NCBI GenBank assembly: GCA_964016885.1
Contig: OZ024740.1
Span: forward strand, 267,282,001 to 267,346,000
DNA from: Eledone cirrhosa
Lineage: Eukaryota
Length of the DNA stretch: 64,000 nt
Direction of reading: 5' to 3'
Both the position numbers and the translations under genes were made by a program. Shown here in pieces: positions 24,958-38,671 of the stretch (position 1 is the first letter of the stretch; each line of letters starts with the position of its first letter). The notes below the pieces were generated by a model that saw nothing but the letters and a program-made list of their open reading frames with translations, had not been told where the DNA came from and did no database searches.

Positions 24958-26269
24958 TAGTCACTAAAGATCTTATACTAGTCATTATAGGCACAGTATT
25001 AATAAAACATAATATAGATTTAAGAAAAATGAGTAGCTCATCTAGAAATTAAAATCAAAATTTAATACAGTATATCTCTCCAAACCAATTGTCTTTGTTG
25101 CTGGAATATTGAAATGGATTTAAACATCCAAATAAATAAATAAAATAAAGCTAATTTTCTTTGAAATAACAAGATTCTATATGGTTGTTATTCACACCTC
25201 AGTTCAGTTATGTTAAGTGGATAACAGTTAAATTTCTTCCTGGAAATATTTTGAATTCAAAAGAATTTGAAGTTACTTTCAACATTTTATAATCATTTAA
25301 TGCAATCACTCATCTTCTAAAAAATGTCAAAATATTTTTGAATTAGCTGCCTAAAACATTTGTGACATTTTATTACCAAAATCAAAGAGGCAAGTGAGTG
25401 AGCTAAAATTATACAATAATATTCTAACTACAACATACTCATATTTAGAGTGAGTTAAGGGCATTGTTGGCTTTGTTTTATTTAAGTATAGGGCATTTTA
25501 TAATTGTTTGCATTTGTTCTAGGTATATCTATGTTCAGATTTATGTATTTGATGGTCCTACTTACTTATTTGCATAAATATCTACTCAACGAATTATCGT
25601 CTATCATCATCATCATTGATTAACGTCTATTTTCCACGCTAGCATGTATGGCTGAATAATCTATGCACACACTAATACTCTTGATATTATGTTCAAACAG
25701 ACATAGCAGGACATTATATGTAACAAAGATGATCATCCAATGGGCTCCCTGCTCAATTTCTTTTTATACAATTTCACATAGGAGAACTGAACCCAGAAAT
25801 CCAGAGGTGTAGGATGAACTTCTTAACTTGGCTCTGAATCTATGCTCAATCTCACTTTGAGAGATGAAAAGCAAACTTAACATCAACAATGTTTGAACCT
25901 AGAAACAATAACAAAATGCAATCACAGATCTATTAACATATAATATTTCCTCGGGGCAAACTATTCTATCCCCAAATATCTCACAATTCTTTTTTGTTGT
26001 TGTTTAGCCCCAGGTCAGACTTGCCTGAGCAGACCTATGTCCACAGGCATTCCAATAGTGGCCATTATTTGAAACAACAACAATCTATCTAAATCTATTT
26101 AATGTATCTACCATTCTGCTAAAGGATAGTAGAGTATGATTTAGTGGGAAATTTGGCTGCTATATCTAGCATGTTGAGCAACTATGTAGAAATTCCTTTG
26201 TTTGTTCAAACAATTTCTCTACTTGTTTAATCCAGGTTGTGCCTGTTTGGACAAGGCTTTGGGGGCAAG

Positions 26270-26692
26270 TGGATTGTAGTTACCACCCTTACATTCTGAG
26301 TTCAAATCCCTGAGGTTAGCTTTGCCTTTCATCCTTATAGGGTTGATAAAATAAAACATCAATGACAGTACACTGGGGTTGATTTAATAGACTTCCTCTT
26401 TCCCTTCAAATTGTTAGTCTTGTGCCTACCTCAGAAACCATTATTTTTTAAGATGGATTTTTTAAGATAGGGCCATGGATTGGCAGTATCGGTGGAGCAT
26501 CGGATAAAATACTTAGTAGCATAGAGTTATGGCCCTTTACATTCTGAGTTCAAATCCTGCCAATGTTAACTTTGCTTTTCATCCTTACAGGGTCGATAAA
26601 ATAAAGCATCAGTAATGCACTGAGGGCGATTTAATCGACTTTCCCTTTCCCCAAAATTGCTGGCCTGGTGCCAATAGTAGAAATCATTATTT
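26270..26692 (+). mobile_element. Two tandem main-family SINE copies
   Basis: ttctgagttcaaatcc...gcct/ctttcatcctta...ttgtgcc/tggtgcc...gaaa(c/t)cattatt twice. Confidence 0.8.
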
Positions 26693-27065
26693 TTTTAAGA
26701 TGGCAAATTGTATGTGTGTGCTTTGAGAAAGATTTGGCTGCTATTTCCAATAAGTCAATGAACAACTAGACATCCTCATTAGTTTGTTCTGTTCTATAAC
26801 TATGTCCTTGACATATTTTACTACAACAGGGACAGAACAGGACAGATGTATAGCTGTAGTGACAGCTGGTATTTATTGCCAAATAACAGATGTACAGGTA
26901 ATAATTCCCATATACCACTAATTCAATAGAATTAACTAACCACACCACTCCCAGTTTATTGCTCTCTAGATCCGGGTTTGAAAAAAGTAAAAAAAAAACC
27001 CTTAAAAATAAAATAAAAAATGAAAAAGAGGAAAGAAAAGAAAAAGAGATTGAGAGAGAATTTGA

Positions 27066-27126
<61 letters not shown>

Positions 27127-27352
27127 AGTTGTGTTTGTATGAGTGCGTGGGAGAGAGAGATTGCAAGAGAAAGAGAGAGTGAGAAAAGGTGAGAGTGAGA
27201 GAGAATTTGAATATATATATATATATATATATATATGATTTGTGTTTGTATGAGTGTGTGAATGAGAGGGAGAGAGAGTGAGAAAAGGTGAGGGTGAGAG
27301 AGATGGCAAAAGAGAGTGAAAAAGGGGTTGAGAAATAGTGAGAAAAGGTGAA

Positions 27353-27389
<37 letters not shown>

Positions 27390-27910
27390 TATGTGAGAGA
27401 GAGAGGGGAAGAGAGAAGGGGATAGAGATGGTGGGTAAAAGAGAGAGAGAGTGGGAGAGAGAGAGAGAGAGGGAGAGAGAGAGAGAGAGAGAGTAAGGTA
27501 GAGTGAGATAGAGTGCATGTGTGTGTGGGGATTCTGTGCATGCAAATATTTTCACTGTGTGCAACTGAAATGATTACAATACAGAGGTGACCTAGTGAAG
27601 GCAACCTGTTTAAAAGAGCAGTAACACTGAATAAATAATTGCATGTAGATGATACAAACACTATACACTGTATTAAAAGCAAGTCTTCCAGGAGGGCAGT
27701 GACTCCGAATAAAATCTTGTACAGTGTAGAGAGGAGATTTAAGTCCTGACAGACAACCCCTCAAGTGTATTTTTGTTGGCAGAAAGAAAAGGATCAGCTG
27801 AAACCCTCTTAATCTTATGTTAGGATTTCATCAGCAATTATGTATCCTCAATAACTATTTATAACTTTTACTAAGGTCTTAAGTAAATAGGATAGATCAC
27901 TTTGTATATA

Positions 27911-28114
27911 TATGAGGGTAGGCTAAAAAGTTCATAGGTTGACTATGAAGGAGTGATGTTAGAGCTGTGATATCTTGCATGTATTAATTTCAACTCTTTT
28001 TATTAATAACTGCATTGGTTTTTTTTCCAGGGAATATGTTGAAAACTAAACCTCATTTGGTCATTCCATTAGTGTGCCTTGGTCAGCCTATGAATTTTTT
28101 TTGTGAATCCTTGT
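27911..28114. mobile_element. Mariner-like MITE
   Basis: tatgagggtaggctaaaaagttcataggttgac ... ggtcagcctatgaa. Confidence 0.8.
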
Positions 28115-28429
28115 CAGCTTAAAGACAACAAAACATATACAGCTCTGAACTAGTTTCTTCTAATAATCCTTTGATTTTATCCTGAAATACAAGGCCCAAT
28201 AAAGAATTGCAAGGTAACATCCCAAAGTCTTTATCATCATATTTTTAATAGCTATTGTTCAATTCACATTGTGGTAGCCTTCAAATAACACACTATATCT
28301 AAAAATATTTAACTAACACTGCAATTTACTTAAGCCTTTACAACTAGTGTATTTATATGTAGTATCTCTGTGGACAGTTAAAGAAAGAATTCAGTTGCTG
28401 ATGAAATTCTAACACATAATTGAAAGTAG

Positions 28430-28645
28430 TCCAGCTGATTTGCTGGACAGATTTTACAGGCAAAACCAACAGGTAGGAGACCCAGGGGTAGACCACAAGC
28501 AAGATGGTTGGATAATATCTAAGAGCTTGGCTGGTCTTGCTTGGGGATCCAACTGGACCTGTTGGAAGGAGTGTTTGAAGACTCTGCTCCCATGACTCTC
28601 TCAGGAATAAGGAGAAGAAAACGAAGAAAACGAAGAAGAAGAATA

Positions 28646-28676
<31 letters not shown>

Positions 28677-28770
28677 AAGAATAGAAGAATAGAAGAAGAA
28701 GAAGAATAGAAGAAGAAGAAGAATAGAAGAATAGAAGAAGAAGAAGAAGAAGAAGAAGAAGAAGAAGACT
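28430..28770 (+). mobile_element. 3' fragment of RTE family D with expanded (GAA)n tail
   Basis: gagcttggctggtcttgcttgg...ggaaggagtgtttgaagactctgctcccatgactctctcaggaataag matches 61099-61216; about 150 bp of (GAA)n follows. Confidence 0.85.
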
Positions 28771-29707
28771 CTACCTGTTTGTATACATTTCATTAAGGAT
28801 TTTCACCTGCATTCTCTGTTGACACTCATAATCAATGCTTAATTTACATCCCCTTTCCTATGTATTTGGCCAAATTTTTAGTCTAGTCAATTTGCTAAGT
28901 GAATATGCTTACATATATATTTTTATACACAGAAAGCCAAAAACATGTTGTTATGTTTAGCTCCTGTGCTAAATTTTCTATTGATTATGTCTAAAAGCAA
29001 TGTTATTGAACTAAAAGATTCCCCCAGTTCTCTGTAACACTCCTAGGATTCTATCATATTTCATTACTCACTACCCTACAATAAATTCAAATACTAACCC
29101 CAAATTAATATTTTTTTAAAAATCGAATTTCATTAATTATGTACAATAAGAATTCATTTTACAATTTTATAAAAATCAAAAATATGTTTAGTAATATGAG
29201 TATTGAAATGTCATTGGTTTAAAGCCATTAACAGATTGGTTTTTAACATTTTTTTCTTCTGAGAATATGATAAAGAAAGAATATTTCAGAATAGAGGAAC
29301 AATTGATACCATAATCAGATATCTAGTTTAAGTAAGAATTCTGTTAACCTAGTAAAGAAGTTTTTTTTACATTATAAGTATTTATATAACTACCAGTTAT
29401 CACTGTGAAATGTCACTACAAAGTCATGTTCTTAACGATAGAGAGAAAGAAAGAGACATATGAAGCAGAATATATATATATATGAAAAATATGGGTGAGA
29501 AGAATACTGATGGTTGCACATGGATAACATGTTATAAAATGAGTCCCTCATCAGTGATTTACCAAACGATCATGGGTATTTCATTGCATATAATCATCCT
29601 TGCTGTTTAACGTCCATTTTTCTATGCTAGCATGGATTAGATGAAACACACACACACACACACACAGACATATATATATAATATATATATACATATATAA
29701 TATATAT

Positions 29708-30636
29708 ATCATCATCATCATCATCATCATCACCGTTTTACGTCCGTTCTTCCACGCTAGCATGGGTTAGACGGGTTGTCCTGTTGTGGGCAGTGTATGG
29801 TCGGCTGACCATGCCTTGGGAACTGATTTGGCTTGATTTCTACAGCTGAATGCCCTTCCTAACACCAACCTCATATATAGTGAGTGCTGGGTTCTTTTTT
29901 GTGGCACCTACACGTCCACTTTACAGTGTGGGCTGGGTGCTTTTTTGCCGTGGCACCTCCACAACCACCTTGCAGTGGGAGGGTGTAGGGTCATATTGTC
30001 TATATGCTTCAGCTTGTACCCATGGGAGGTCGGGTACTCTGTATTACTGCGTGACACCAGAGGTCACGGTCGTGTGTCATCGCCTTTGAGAGGTGTAATT
30101 GGGTAAGGTCGGCTTTTATCACCTCATCCCAGGTCATCTTGGGTCTCCCTACTCTGCGGTTTCCATCGACTTCTAGTGCTCTGTACCTTTTTATGCAGCT
30201 GTCATCCTTCATACGCATCACATGTCCATACCAACGCATCCGCCTCTCCTGCACACAGCATTTGATTCCTCTTATGCTCAGTCTCTCTCTCAATTCATTT
30301 ATGCTTTGCCGTTCGCGTATATTACTATTACACATCCATCGGAGCATGCAGGCTTCGTTTCTCTCTAATCTACGTAAGTCTTCCACCTTCAGCGCCCAGG
30401 TCTCACTACCATGTAACATTGCTGTTCGGATACACGCATCATACAGTCTGCCTTTCATTTTGAGGGAGAAGCCTTTTACAGCTAGCAGTGGTAATAGTTC
30501 CCTGAACTTCTTCCATCCCATTCTTACCCTAGTTATTGTACTTTCTGAACACCCACCTCCGCTGCTAATTCGGTCACCTAGGTAGCAGAAGCTGTCTACT
30601 GTCTCTACAGAGCCCTCCCAGAGATTGGTGGTACTT
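29708..30636 (-). mobile_element. 5'-truncated RTE family A copy
   Basis: Closely matches the reverse complement of 44790-45717 (GWKKFRELLPLL...MLHGSETW...RWYGHVMRM); (GAT)n tail; both ends in (TA)n. Confidence 0.95.
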
Positions 30637-30653
30637 ATATATATATAAGTAAT

Positions 30654-30714
30654 AGGATATTAGCACAACTAATTAGAGAAAGGGTCAAACTAGATGAGAT
30701 GCAGTTTGGTTTTG

Positions 30715-30783
<69 letters not shown>

Positions 30784-32096
30784 TATTAGCACAACTAATT
30801 AGAGAAAGGGTCAAACTAGATGAAATGCAGTTTGGTTTTGTGCCTGGGAAGGCATTTGATAGGGTACCCCGATCTGTCATCTGGTGGTCCCTAAGGAAAC
30901 TAGGTGTTGAGGAATGGCTTGTGAGGACAGTGCAAACTTTGTACAGAGGTACTGTCAGTAAAGTCAGGGTAGGAATGGAGTTTAGTGAGGAATTCCAAAT
31001 ACAAGTAGGAGTACATCAAGGTTCGGTCCTCAGCCCGCTCTTGTTCATTATAGTCCTCCAAGCCATAACAGAGAAGTTTAAGACTGGCTGTCCATGGGAA
31101 CTTCTCTATGCTGACGATCTGGTTCTTATAGCAGAATCAGTAGAGGAGCTAGAGAATAAATTCTGGCTATGGAAACAGCAGTTGGAAGCAAGAGGACTGA
31201 GAGTGAACCTAGCTAAGACAAAAGTGTTGATGAGTAGAAAAGAGGACAAAACTTTGATTCCATCAGGGAAATGGCCATGTTCGATATGCAGAAAAGGAAC
31301 TGGCATAAATTCTATAAAATGCACACAATGGAGATCCTGGGTACACAAGAGATGTAGCGGGATAGCAGGCAAACTAACAGGTAGGGAGAAATATGTATGC
31401 AGTAGATGTACAGGGAAATTAGACAGTAGAAGTCGCATTGTTAGACACATTTTTCAAATGCAGGCGGGTGCTATAGAAGTGGTGGATAGCTTCCGGTACC
31501 TAGGAGATCAGATTAGCATGGGAGGAGGGTGTTCCGGGGCCATAGTATCTAAAATAAGGACGGGTTGGAAGAAGTTTAGGGAGCTGCTTCCTCTGCTGAC
31601 GAAAAAGGGTTTCTCCCTGCATATGAAAGGCTGGTTATATGATGCCTGTGTGAGGAGCGCGATGCTGCATGGTAGTGAGACATGGGCAGCAAATGCAGAT
31701 GATATGCGATGGCTGGAGAGAAATGAGGCAAGCATGGTCCATTGGATGTGTGTGAACAATCCAGCATGAATGTGTTGAGAGAGAAACTGTGTTTGAGAGG
31801 GATAGAATGTAGTGTACGGGAGAGGAGACTGAGGTGGTATGGACATGTGATGCGCATGGAGGATGACCGATGGGTGAAGAAGTGCCAGGAAATGCCAGTT
31901 GAAGGAAGACGTGGTAGAGGTAGACCACGAAAAACATGGGCGGAGGTGGTGAGAACAGACCTCAGATTGCTGAAGCTCACGGTGGAGATGACGAAGGACC
32001 GTGACGAGTGGAGAGATGCTGTGCTGAATAAGACCCGTCCCACCCTTGCAAGCAGGGAAGAGCGGACGTAAAATGATGATGATGATGATGATGATG

Positions 32097-32098
<2 letters not shown>
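30654..32098 (+). mobile_element. 5'-truncated RTE family B copy (RT + PHD finger) with duplicated 5' end and internal deletion
   Basis: QFGFVPG-KAFDRVP, GVHQGSVLSPLLF, LLYADD, CSIC...WVHKRC...CSRC, FRYLG; frameshift near 31760; (GAT)n tail then (TA)n. Confidence 0.95.
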
Positions 32099-32135
<37 letters not shown>

Positions 32136-35039
32136 AATTTGATCATCGATTATTGAGGTGTGTTTTTTATTACTTAGTTTCAATTTATATTTTATTTTTC
32201 TAAAGATAATAAAGATACAAATGAAATCACAAACCCCACTAAAGAATGTAAAAATAAACAAATGAAGAAAACTAACAATTCTATTATTTTATTATATTTC
32301 AAGTATAACAGGTTAACATTTTAATCTACTTGGCTTAGAATTTGATGATGGGAAAAATATAAAAAAATATATAAAAAGAACCCCCGAAAAAACTATTTTG
32401 TGACTTATTTTGACATTTTTGTGTAATTCCAGTCAATTGCTTGAACAGACATAGAATATGACTGGAGCATCAAACCACCTCAATCCACCTCCTATATAGT
32501 AATTGTATCTTATTTTTTGTATCATTTTGTCAGGAACTTAAAGACAATGAACCTTTTCAGGTGGATGAGAGAGGAAGAATTATTCTCAAACTAGAGATTT
32601 GGTCCAAATTCTTGCAACAGAGTGAATGCATGAGGCCTAGTAGTTAAAGAATTGGATTCACAATTGTGAGGTTGTGAGTTCGATTCCTGGACCAGGTGAT
32701 ATGTTATAAAGTACATTATTTCACATTGCTCCTTCTTTCAGGAGTTGTGATCGGTATATTGTATCAGCAATGGAAAGCCCAATAGAAAACACTGTTTCCT
32801 TGTTCCAATTTCATGATTTCCACGCCACTTAGTAAGTGAATGAGGTCTAGGACCTTGTTGATCAAACTCCATCCATCATCATTATCTCACATCAGAAGGA
32901 ACTCCAGTAAACGAACTTAAAGGCCAGATAGTGCTGCTAAACTAAATTAGGTCTACCATCCAAGTAGGTCACAATATGATTTAAACTCAGAACTCAAAAA
33001 GCCAAAACAAATACTGTAAATCTTTCTCTTCAACATTCTAACAATTCTGTCAGTTTATTACCTTAGACTGGTATACTATTTATAAATGAACACTAGAGGG
33101 ATGGAAAGCAATGTTGACCATAGCAGGATAAATTCAGAATGCAAGGAACTGAAATAAATATCACATATTTCATCTGAAGCTCTAACACATCTGCCAATTT
33201 ACTGGTCATCTTGTCTTCGTTGTGGATTGTGAGAACAAGCTGTTTTAAAACTTTTATCTAAAGGAGCATGCTGTCTATGTTTTCAATTAATTAATTTTTT
33301 TTTAAATTAAGAACTTGGAGCTATTTAATAAACTAACCAACTAACTTCCAAATTATTAAGCTTATTTTTTTAATATAACTTAACAAAAGGGTTTTAGATA
33401 AAGGTATACAAACCACACAAATACCAAACATTTCCTTTTTTGGTAATGCTGAAAATCACACAGTCAGGTACAGCCCTTGAACCTGTTTCTCATCATGATA
33501 CACTCACGACAAGGACAAGAACAAGAACTCTGAAAACTGCTGTTAGTTTTCTGTTATATAAACTATAAACATGCAATTTATAATCCTACAACCCTTCAAA
33601 TATATTTTTATTTGGGACCACCCCAATTGATCATTCCCATATAGTTTTAAAATGGAGTGATAAGAACACTAAATTCTGCACACACACAAACTCATCAATA
33701 ATATAATGTTTACAGTACAATGATGAGATATGAACTGACCTGAATATCAATAGGGCAATGGTTTATTGACTCATTGAGTAGTGTGTGACTCAGTGCCTAG
33801 ATAGGAAATCAATATTTTGTCTTAGGCATATTTGCTGAATCAGTTACCACACTTATTACATAAAAACCAGCTCAAGGTCATAAAAAGATCACATGTGAAT
33901 AATTTGATAAATGTTCTAGTATAGTTTTATGTATGAATATTTTTATTGACTTCCAAACGTCATCAACCATAATAACATGCCATGTGTGTTTGTATATTTA
34001 TATACATAAATAGGATTGTTATTGCTCCAATCAGTCTACTAACCCTCAGCAAATACCCTAAACTGAATGCCAGCTTGTACCCATGACTTTTGCCAAACCA
34101 AACAGTTCTCGCCCTCCAAATTTGTCAAATTAAATGCTGACTACCCAAACTCGGCATAAGTAACTGGACTACAACAGCCACCAGATGAGGAAGACAGACG
34201 TTATCATGCTGCAGCTGTCATATTATGTAGTTTCTATATAATAAAATCAAAGCTATTATTATCTGCAACTATGACCCCATTTTGTAATAGGCTGTGCTCT
34301 ACCTCTTTCCGTTATCTTCTCGACTTTAAACCCTCAAACTATCCACTTAGATGACGAGATGCCATGCATTGGGAAGTCTAGTTCTTACAACATAACATAA
34401 AATCCAAAATATACATATCTCTGTCTAACTCTTTAGAATTTACAATCACAAACACACAAACATTGCATTTCTTTTTTATTCATGTTGCTAGGATAAGAAG
34501 TTCACTTTCCAATCACAAAACCTGGGTTCTAACTCTACATTTGTTTATGTAAATAGTTACTCATACATTTAATCCTGTATTTGTTCATGTATTTAATCAT
34601 ATCATAGAAATAAATGATTAAATCATTTATTTTATTCTTATCTTTAATATCTTCCACATGCCATTTATCAACATAAACTATAGGGTTTCACTCATGCTAA
34701 CCATTAATTTATTATTGTTCATATATCTGGTAATTCTAGTATATATGACACACCAATCCTGGATTCAAAAATTAAATGCTTTTAAGCTATTAGTGTTATT
34801 ATTGACATTATAGGTCTAATTGTCTCAATATATTGATGAACAAAAAGCAGTCATAAATATGTGACTTTGCTGAATAGATTTGTATTACTCCAATGTTATT
34901 AAAATAAGTACTGTTTAGAAACTGGCTTCATTTAATCAGTTAGACCTCTACTGTAAATTGGTCAGATGTGTAGTTAAGAGAAAAAAATTGTTTATGCAGT
35001 TGAGTTTAGAAGTAAAAAAAAAATTTCTTTTCTTTAGCA

Positions 35040-35233
35040 ATGAAAGAAAGAGGGAAAGGGAGAGGATGACAGACTCTGCACCTAAATCAGTGTGGTGTTT
35101 TAGCTTCATCTCAGATAAAATGGCAAAGGCATTGCCACAGACAATGGTCAATGACACCTGTTGCAACAGCCACCCCATCTTGTGGGGCTCTTTCCTCAGG
35201 TGGGCTTTTTTCTTTATGTTTGACTAAATATTA
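35040..35233. repeat. Unclassified dispersed repeat shared with 61650-61862
   Basis: caga(t/c)aaaatggcaaa...acacctg/gcacctg(t/c)tgcaacagccacccca...ggctc in both; 35205-35233 is approximately the reverse complement of 61651-61682. Confidence 0.65.
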
Positions 35234-35709
35234 AGACTAATTTATGATACCCTCACACAATATATATTTTTTGTTTATTTACTATTCACGTTGAGTCTTT
35301 CAACTGAAAGCAAATATATACAATAAGTTTTATTTTAAAAATTAAACAAGGTTTAATTATACAAAAGTAAATTATCTTTTCAACTGTTTCAGGTAGGAGA
35401 TTTTCTGTTTTAGAGATTATTACATAAATAAGTACACATCAATATAACTAATCATCATTGTCATCATCATCATCTCCATTTTCTATGCTGGCATGAGTTA
35501 GATGAGTAATCCTTGTACAAATCAGATTTTATATGGAATTATCGCTCCCTCCTGGATGAGTTGAAGGACCAGTTCTCACTTGTGTATTCCAATTTAGTCA
35601 CGTATACTGGATACATTTTATCATGGCACCAATAGTAGAGAGATTGTTATGTTTTTGGCAAGAAAAAAGTCCTCTCTACTCTACATCACTAAAAGCATTA
35701 CAGAGTATA

Positions 35710-35885
35710 ATGGGTGCAGTGTCAGACACCATGCTTTGCAACATAGAGTTATGGCCTTTTACGTTCTGAGTTCAAATCCTGCCAAGGTTACCTTTGCCTT
35801 TCATCCTTACAGGGTCGATAAATAAAGCACCAGTAATGCACTGGAGTAATTGCTGGCCTTGTGCCTAAAGTAGAAACAATTATTA
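35710..35885 (+). mobile_element. Main-family SINE
   Basis: B box ctgagttcaaatcctg, central domain, and tail gtagaaacaattatt. Confidence 0.85.
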
Positions 35886-36269
35886 TGGTATCAGTGCAAG
35901 AGAGGCTGTCCTGTTGTTGACAAAACTAAAGAGTCATATATAGTCTTCAGTGTATCCAGCCAATTGCCAGTCAATTTACAGAGTGTACTGGTTGCATTTT
36001 ATCATCACACCAACACTAATGAATTTTCTTTGTCCCCAGTGATACGAAAATGTCCACTCTACTCTATGTAGACTTTAATCTTTTCAAGGCGAACATGATT
36101 GAAATGCGAATAGGAGTAGAATGTTAACCAAGAGTGTGAAATAGGAAATAATATGAATATAAATGTTACAGGGTAATCAGAGTGACGAGAGTGATAGAAT
36201 CATAGTGTAGGGGTAATGGAAGAACAATGCTTATTGGTAGCTAGTAGAGTGTTGAAGTCCTTGATGGGC

Positions 36270-36720
36270 AAAGGTCACCAGTATTGTGGCCATGTAGCTG
36301 ATGTCCCAACAACACTGGGCAGGGCACATTTCTAGGATGAAGGATTATCTGCCCAGGATCAGGCTATATGGTAAACTCTCCACTGGCCATCACGACAAGG
36401 GAGCACCAAGGAAGTGATACAAGGACTGTTGAAAAAACTCTTGGTTTCTGTCACATCAACCATCACTGTGAACCATGATGCTTGGTGTCTTCCCATCAAC
36501 CATGCTGTCTCATCCTTTGAAAACACCTGTGGAGCCAGCCTCAAGGACAAAAGGCACAGGAGGAAGAACTCAACACCATGTCATCAAACCCTGACCATAC
36601 CTCCCGCTGCAGCCATGTCTGCTGGTCTAGCATTGGCCTGAACAGCCACAAGCATGCCTACAATCAACAAAGACCACCCCTTTCTTAATCTTCATTCCCA
36701 AAGCCAAGTTTAGATAGAAG
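36270..36720 (+). mobile_element. Degraded RTE-BovB-like LINE 3' end
   Basis: Remnant HWAGHISRMKD..LPRIRLYGKLSTG..GAPRK*YKDC and C-terminal CSHVCWSSIGLNSHKHA zinc-finger motif. Confidence 0.75.
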
Positions 36721-38318
36721 GTTGAGTAGAAAACATTAAGCACAAACTGTACAATACTTGACTAATGAACACCTCCTGTAAATACATAAGAAGCAACTAG
36801 CCAATAAAGGAGCCACTACATGTTCATTTGATGTGCTAATATTTGCAACCAAATGTTTTTTTAATTACAATCTATTATCCTAGAGAAGACTGCATTGCAT
36901 AATGTGTTCTTGGCTTCTTTTTACACAGAAAAAAAGATGGAATACCTTTGATCAAAGGAATACTTAACCTGACAGAGCAGACTTGGACAACTGTTTCTTC
37001 TGATCAACAATGATAACAGTATCACAGCTTAAAACCCTCATAGTGAAATCTATATATGTTTGCTATACATAAATATATGCTACCATACACTTCTCTTATG
37101 TTAGTGCTAGATTTAATTAAACCCAGCCAAGTCAAGCATGCACTATATATAAATGAATTTCTCTAGCAGATGTTTTATATACAAAAATACTATAAGCTAA
37201 AGCTTATTTTAATTTCATTACTGAGTGAGTAAACTAGAGTGAAGGTGGTTTTCAAAAATGTTGAAACATCAATGTCTGGCATTCCCACATGGCTTGTGAA
37301 TAGCTGAAACCTGATCATACCTTCATAGTAAGTCATATATGTTTATTTATACATAAACATATCATATATGCCTTCATATACACCTCTATTATGTATCACA
37401 CTGTTAATGCTGTTGTTAGTATATTAAATTAAAATGACATAACTAAATACCTTTTACCAAAGCTTCCATTACAGTTTTGTGATGGGTGGGCGGGACACTT
37501 AAGTATATATAATGTACATGTGTATTATTATTATTAGCTCATGCATTTTTATCACCGATATGAGACAAAGAAAGAAATTAAAAACATGATCATACTAACA
37601 TATTTAGAAACAATAAAATATCATTGTAGTAAAAACCAAAGCACTAGTATTTTGAAACAAATCATTTTCTACATTATTGGAGGGGCTTAACCCCAACAAA
37701 GCCCCATGGTGACAGAAGGTTTAATTACTGCCATCATTTGATCAGGAAAAAAATATTATTCATATATATATATACATAGAAAAAGTTTATAAAGGCAATG
37801 CTTCAGTATAGCTTTGGCTGTGGTGAGTTAAACAAACCAAAGAACTAAAATGCATATATGTATTTATTATGATGGTAATCAGTTTTCAAAATTGATTATT
37901 TTTTCTTTTGTTACTTTTGTAGTTTTACTTCTCACTATTTGACCCCCTCCCCTAAGCACCATTACCCAGCCACCGAAAAACGAATTACCAAGTTAACATC
38001 AGCTTCATATTTATCATTCATTTTTATTTTTGACAAAACATGGAAAAGCTCCACTTACATATTGTTCTGTCTATGTACAAAAAGCTCATTGATTACACTA
38101 CAGATGTAATTCCACAAAAGAAATCAATCACAGCTACCACCATATATATATATATACATATATCATCATCATCATCATCATCATTTTACGTCTGCTTTTC
38201 CCTGCTTGCAAGGGTGGGATGATATATATATATATATATATATATGTATATTTATTAAAATAATAGATTAAAGTTTAAGCAAAGAATCGCTGCTTTCACC
38301 CTTAACGTATATATATAC

Positions 38319-38671
38319 CAGTAGCGAAAAGCAGGGCATGCAGTCCAATCGCCATGGGGGAAAGTGGGGCAGTGCAGTCCCCCCCCCCCCCTTCCCTCTA
38401 AATGACCCTCCCGGTCAAAGCTGCATGTAGTGTTATCTAGTCTGTCTGTATGTGTGTGTTATCTTTTTATGTGTCTACGGTTTAGCAAGCAGCCAAAATT
38501 CTACTTGCTTCAACCGACGCTGTCGTGTGTTTGTGTGTATGTTATCTTTTTATGTGTCTACGATTTAGTAAGCAGCCAAAATTCCACTTGCTTCAACTGA
38601 CGCAATTGATCAACTCAAGATTCTATAACGCATGCACTGCATGCGTTGCATGCACGCACCCTTCGCCCCTG
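38319..38671. mobile_element. Non-autonomous DNA transposon with imperfect TIRs, inserted in (TA)n
   Basis: Left CAGTAGCGAAAAGCAGGGCATGCA versus right rc CAGGGGCGAAGGGTGCGTGCATGCA; internal ~80-bp tandem duplication at 38443-38603. Confidence 0.6.

Noticed and set aside
26766-27682. 200-260-aa ORFs
   Set aside because: Translations of (TA)n/(GA)n compound microsatellites.
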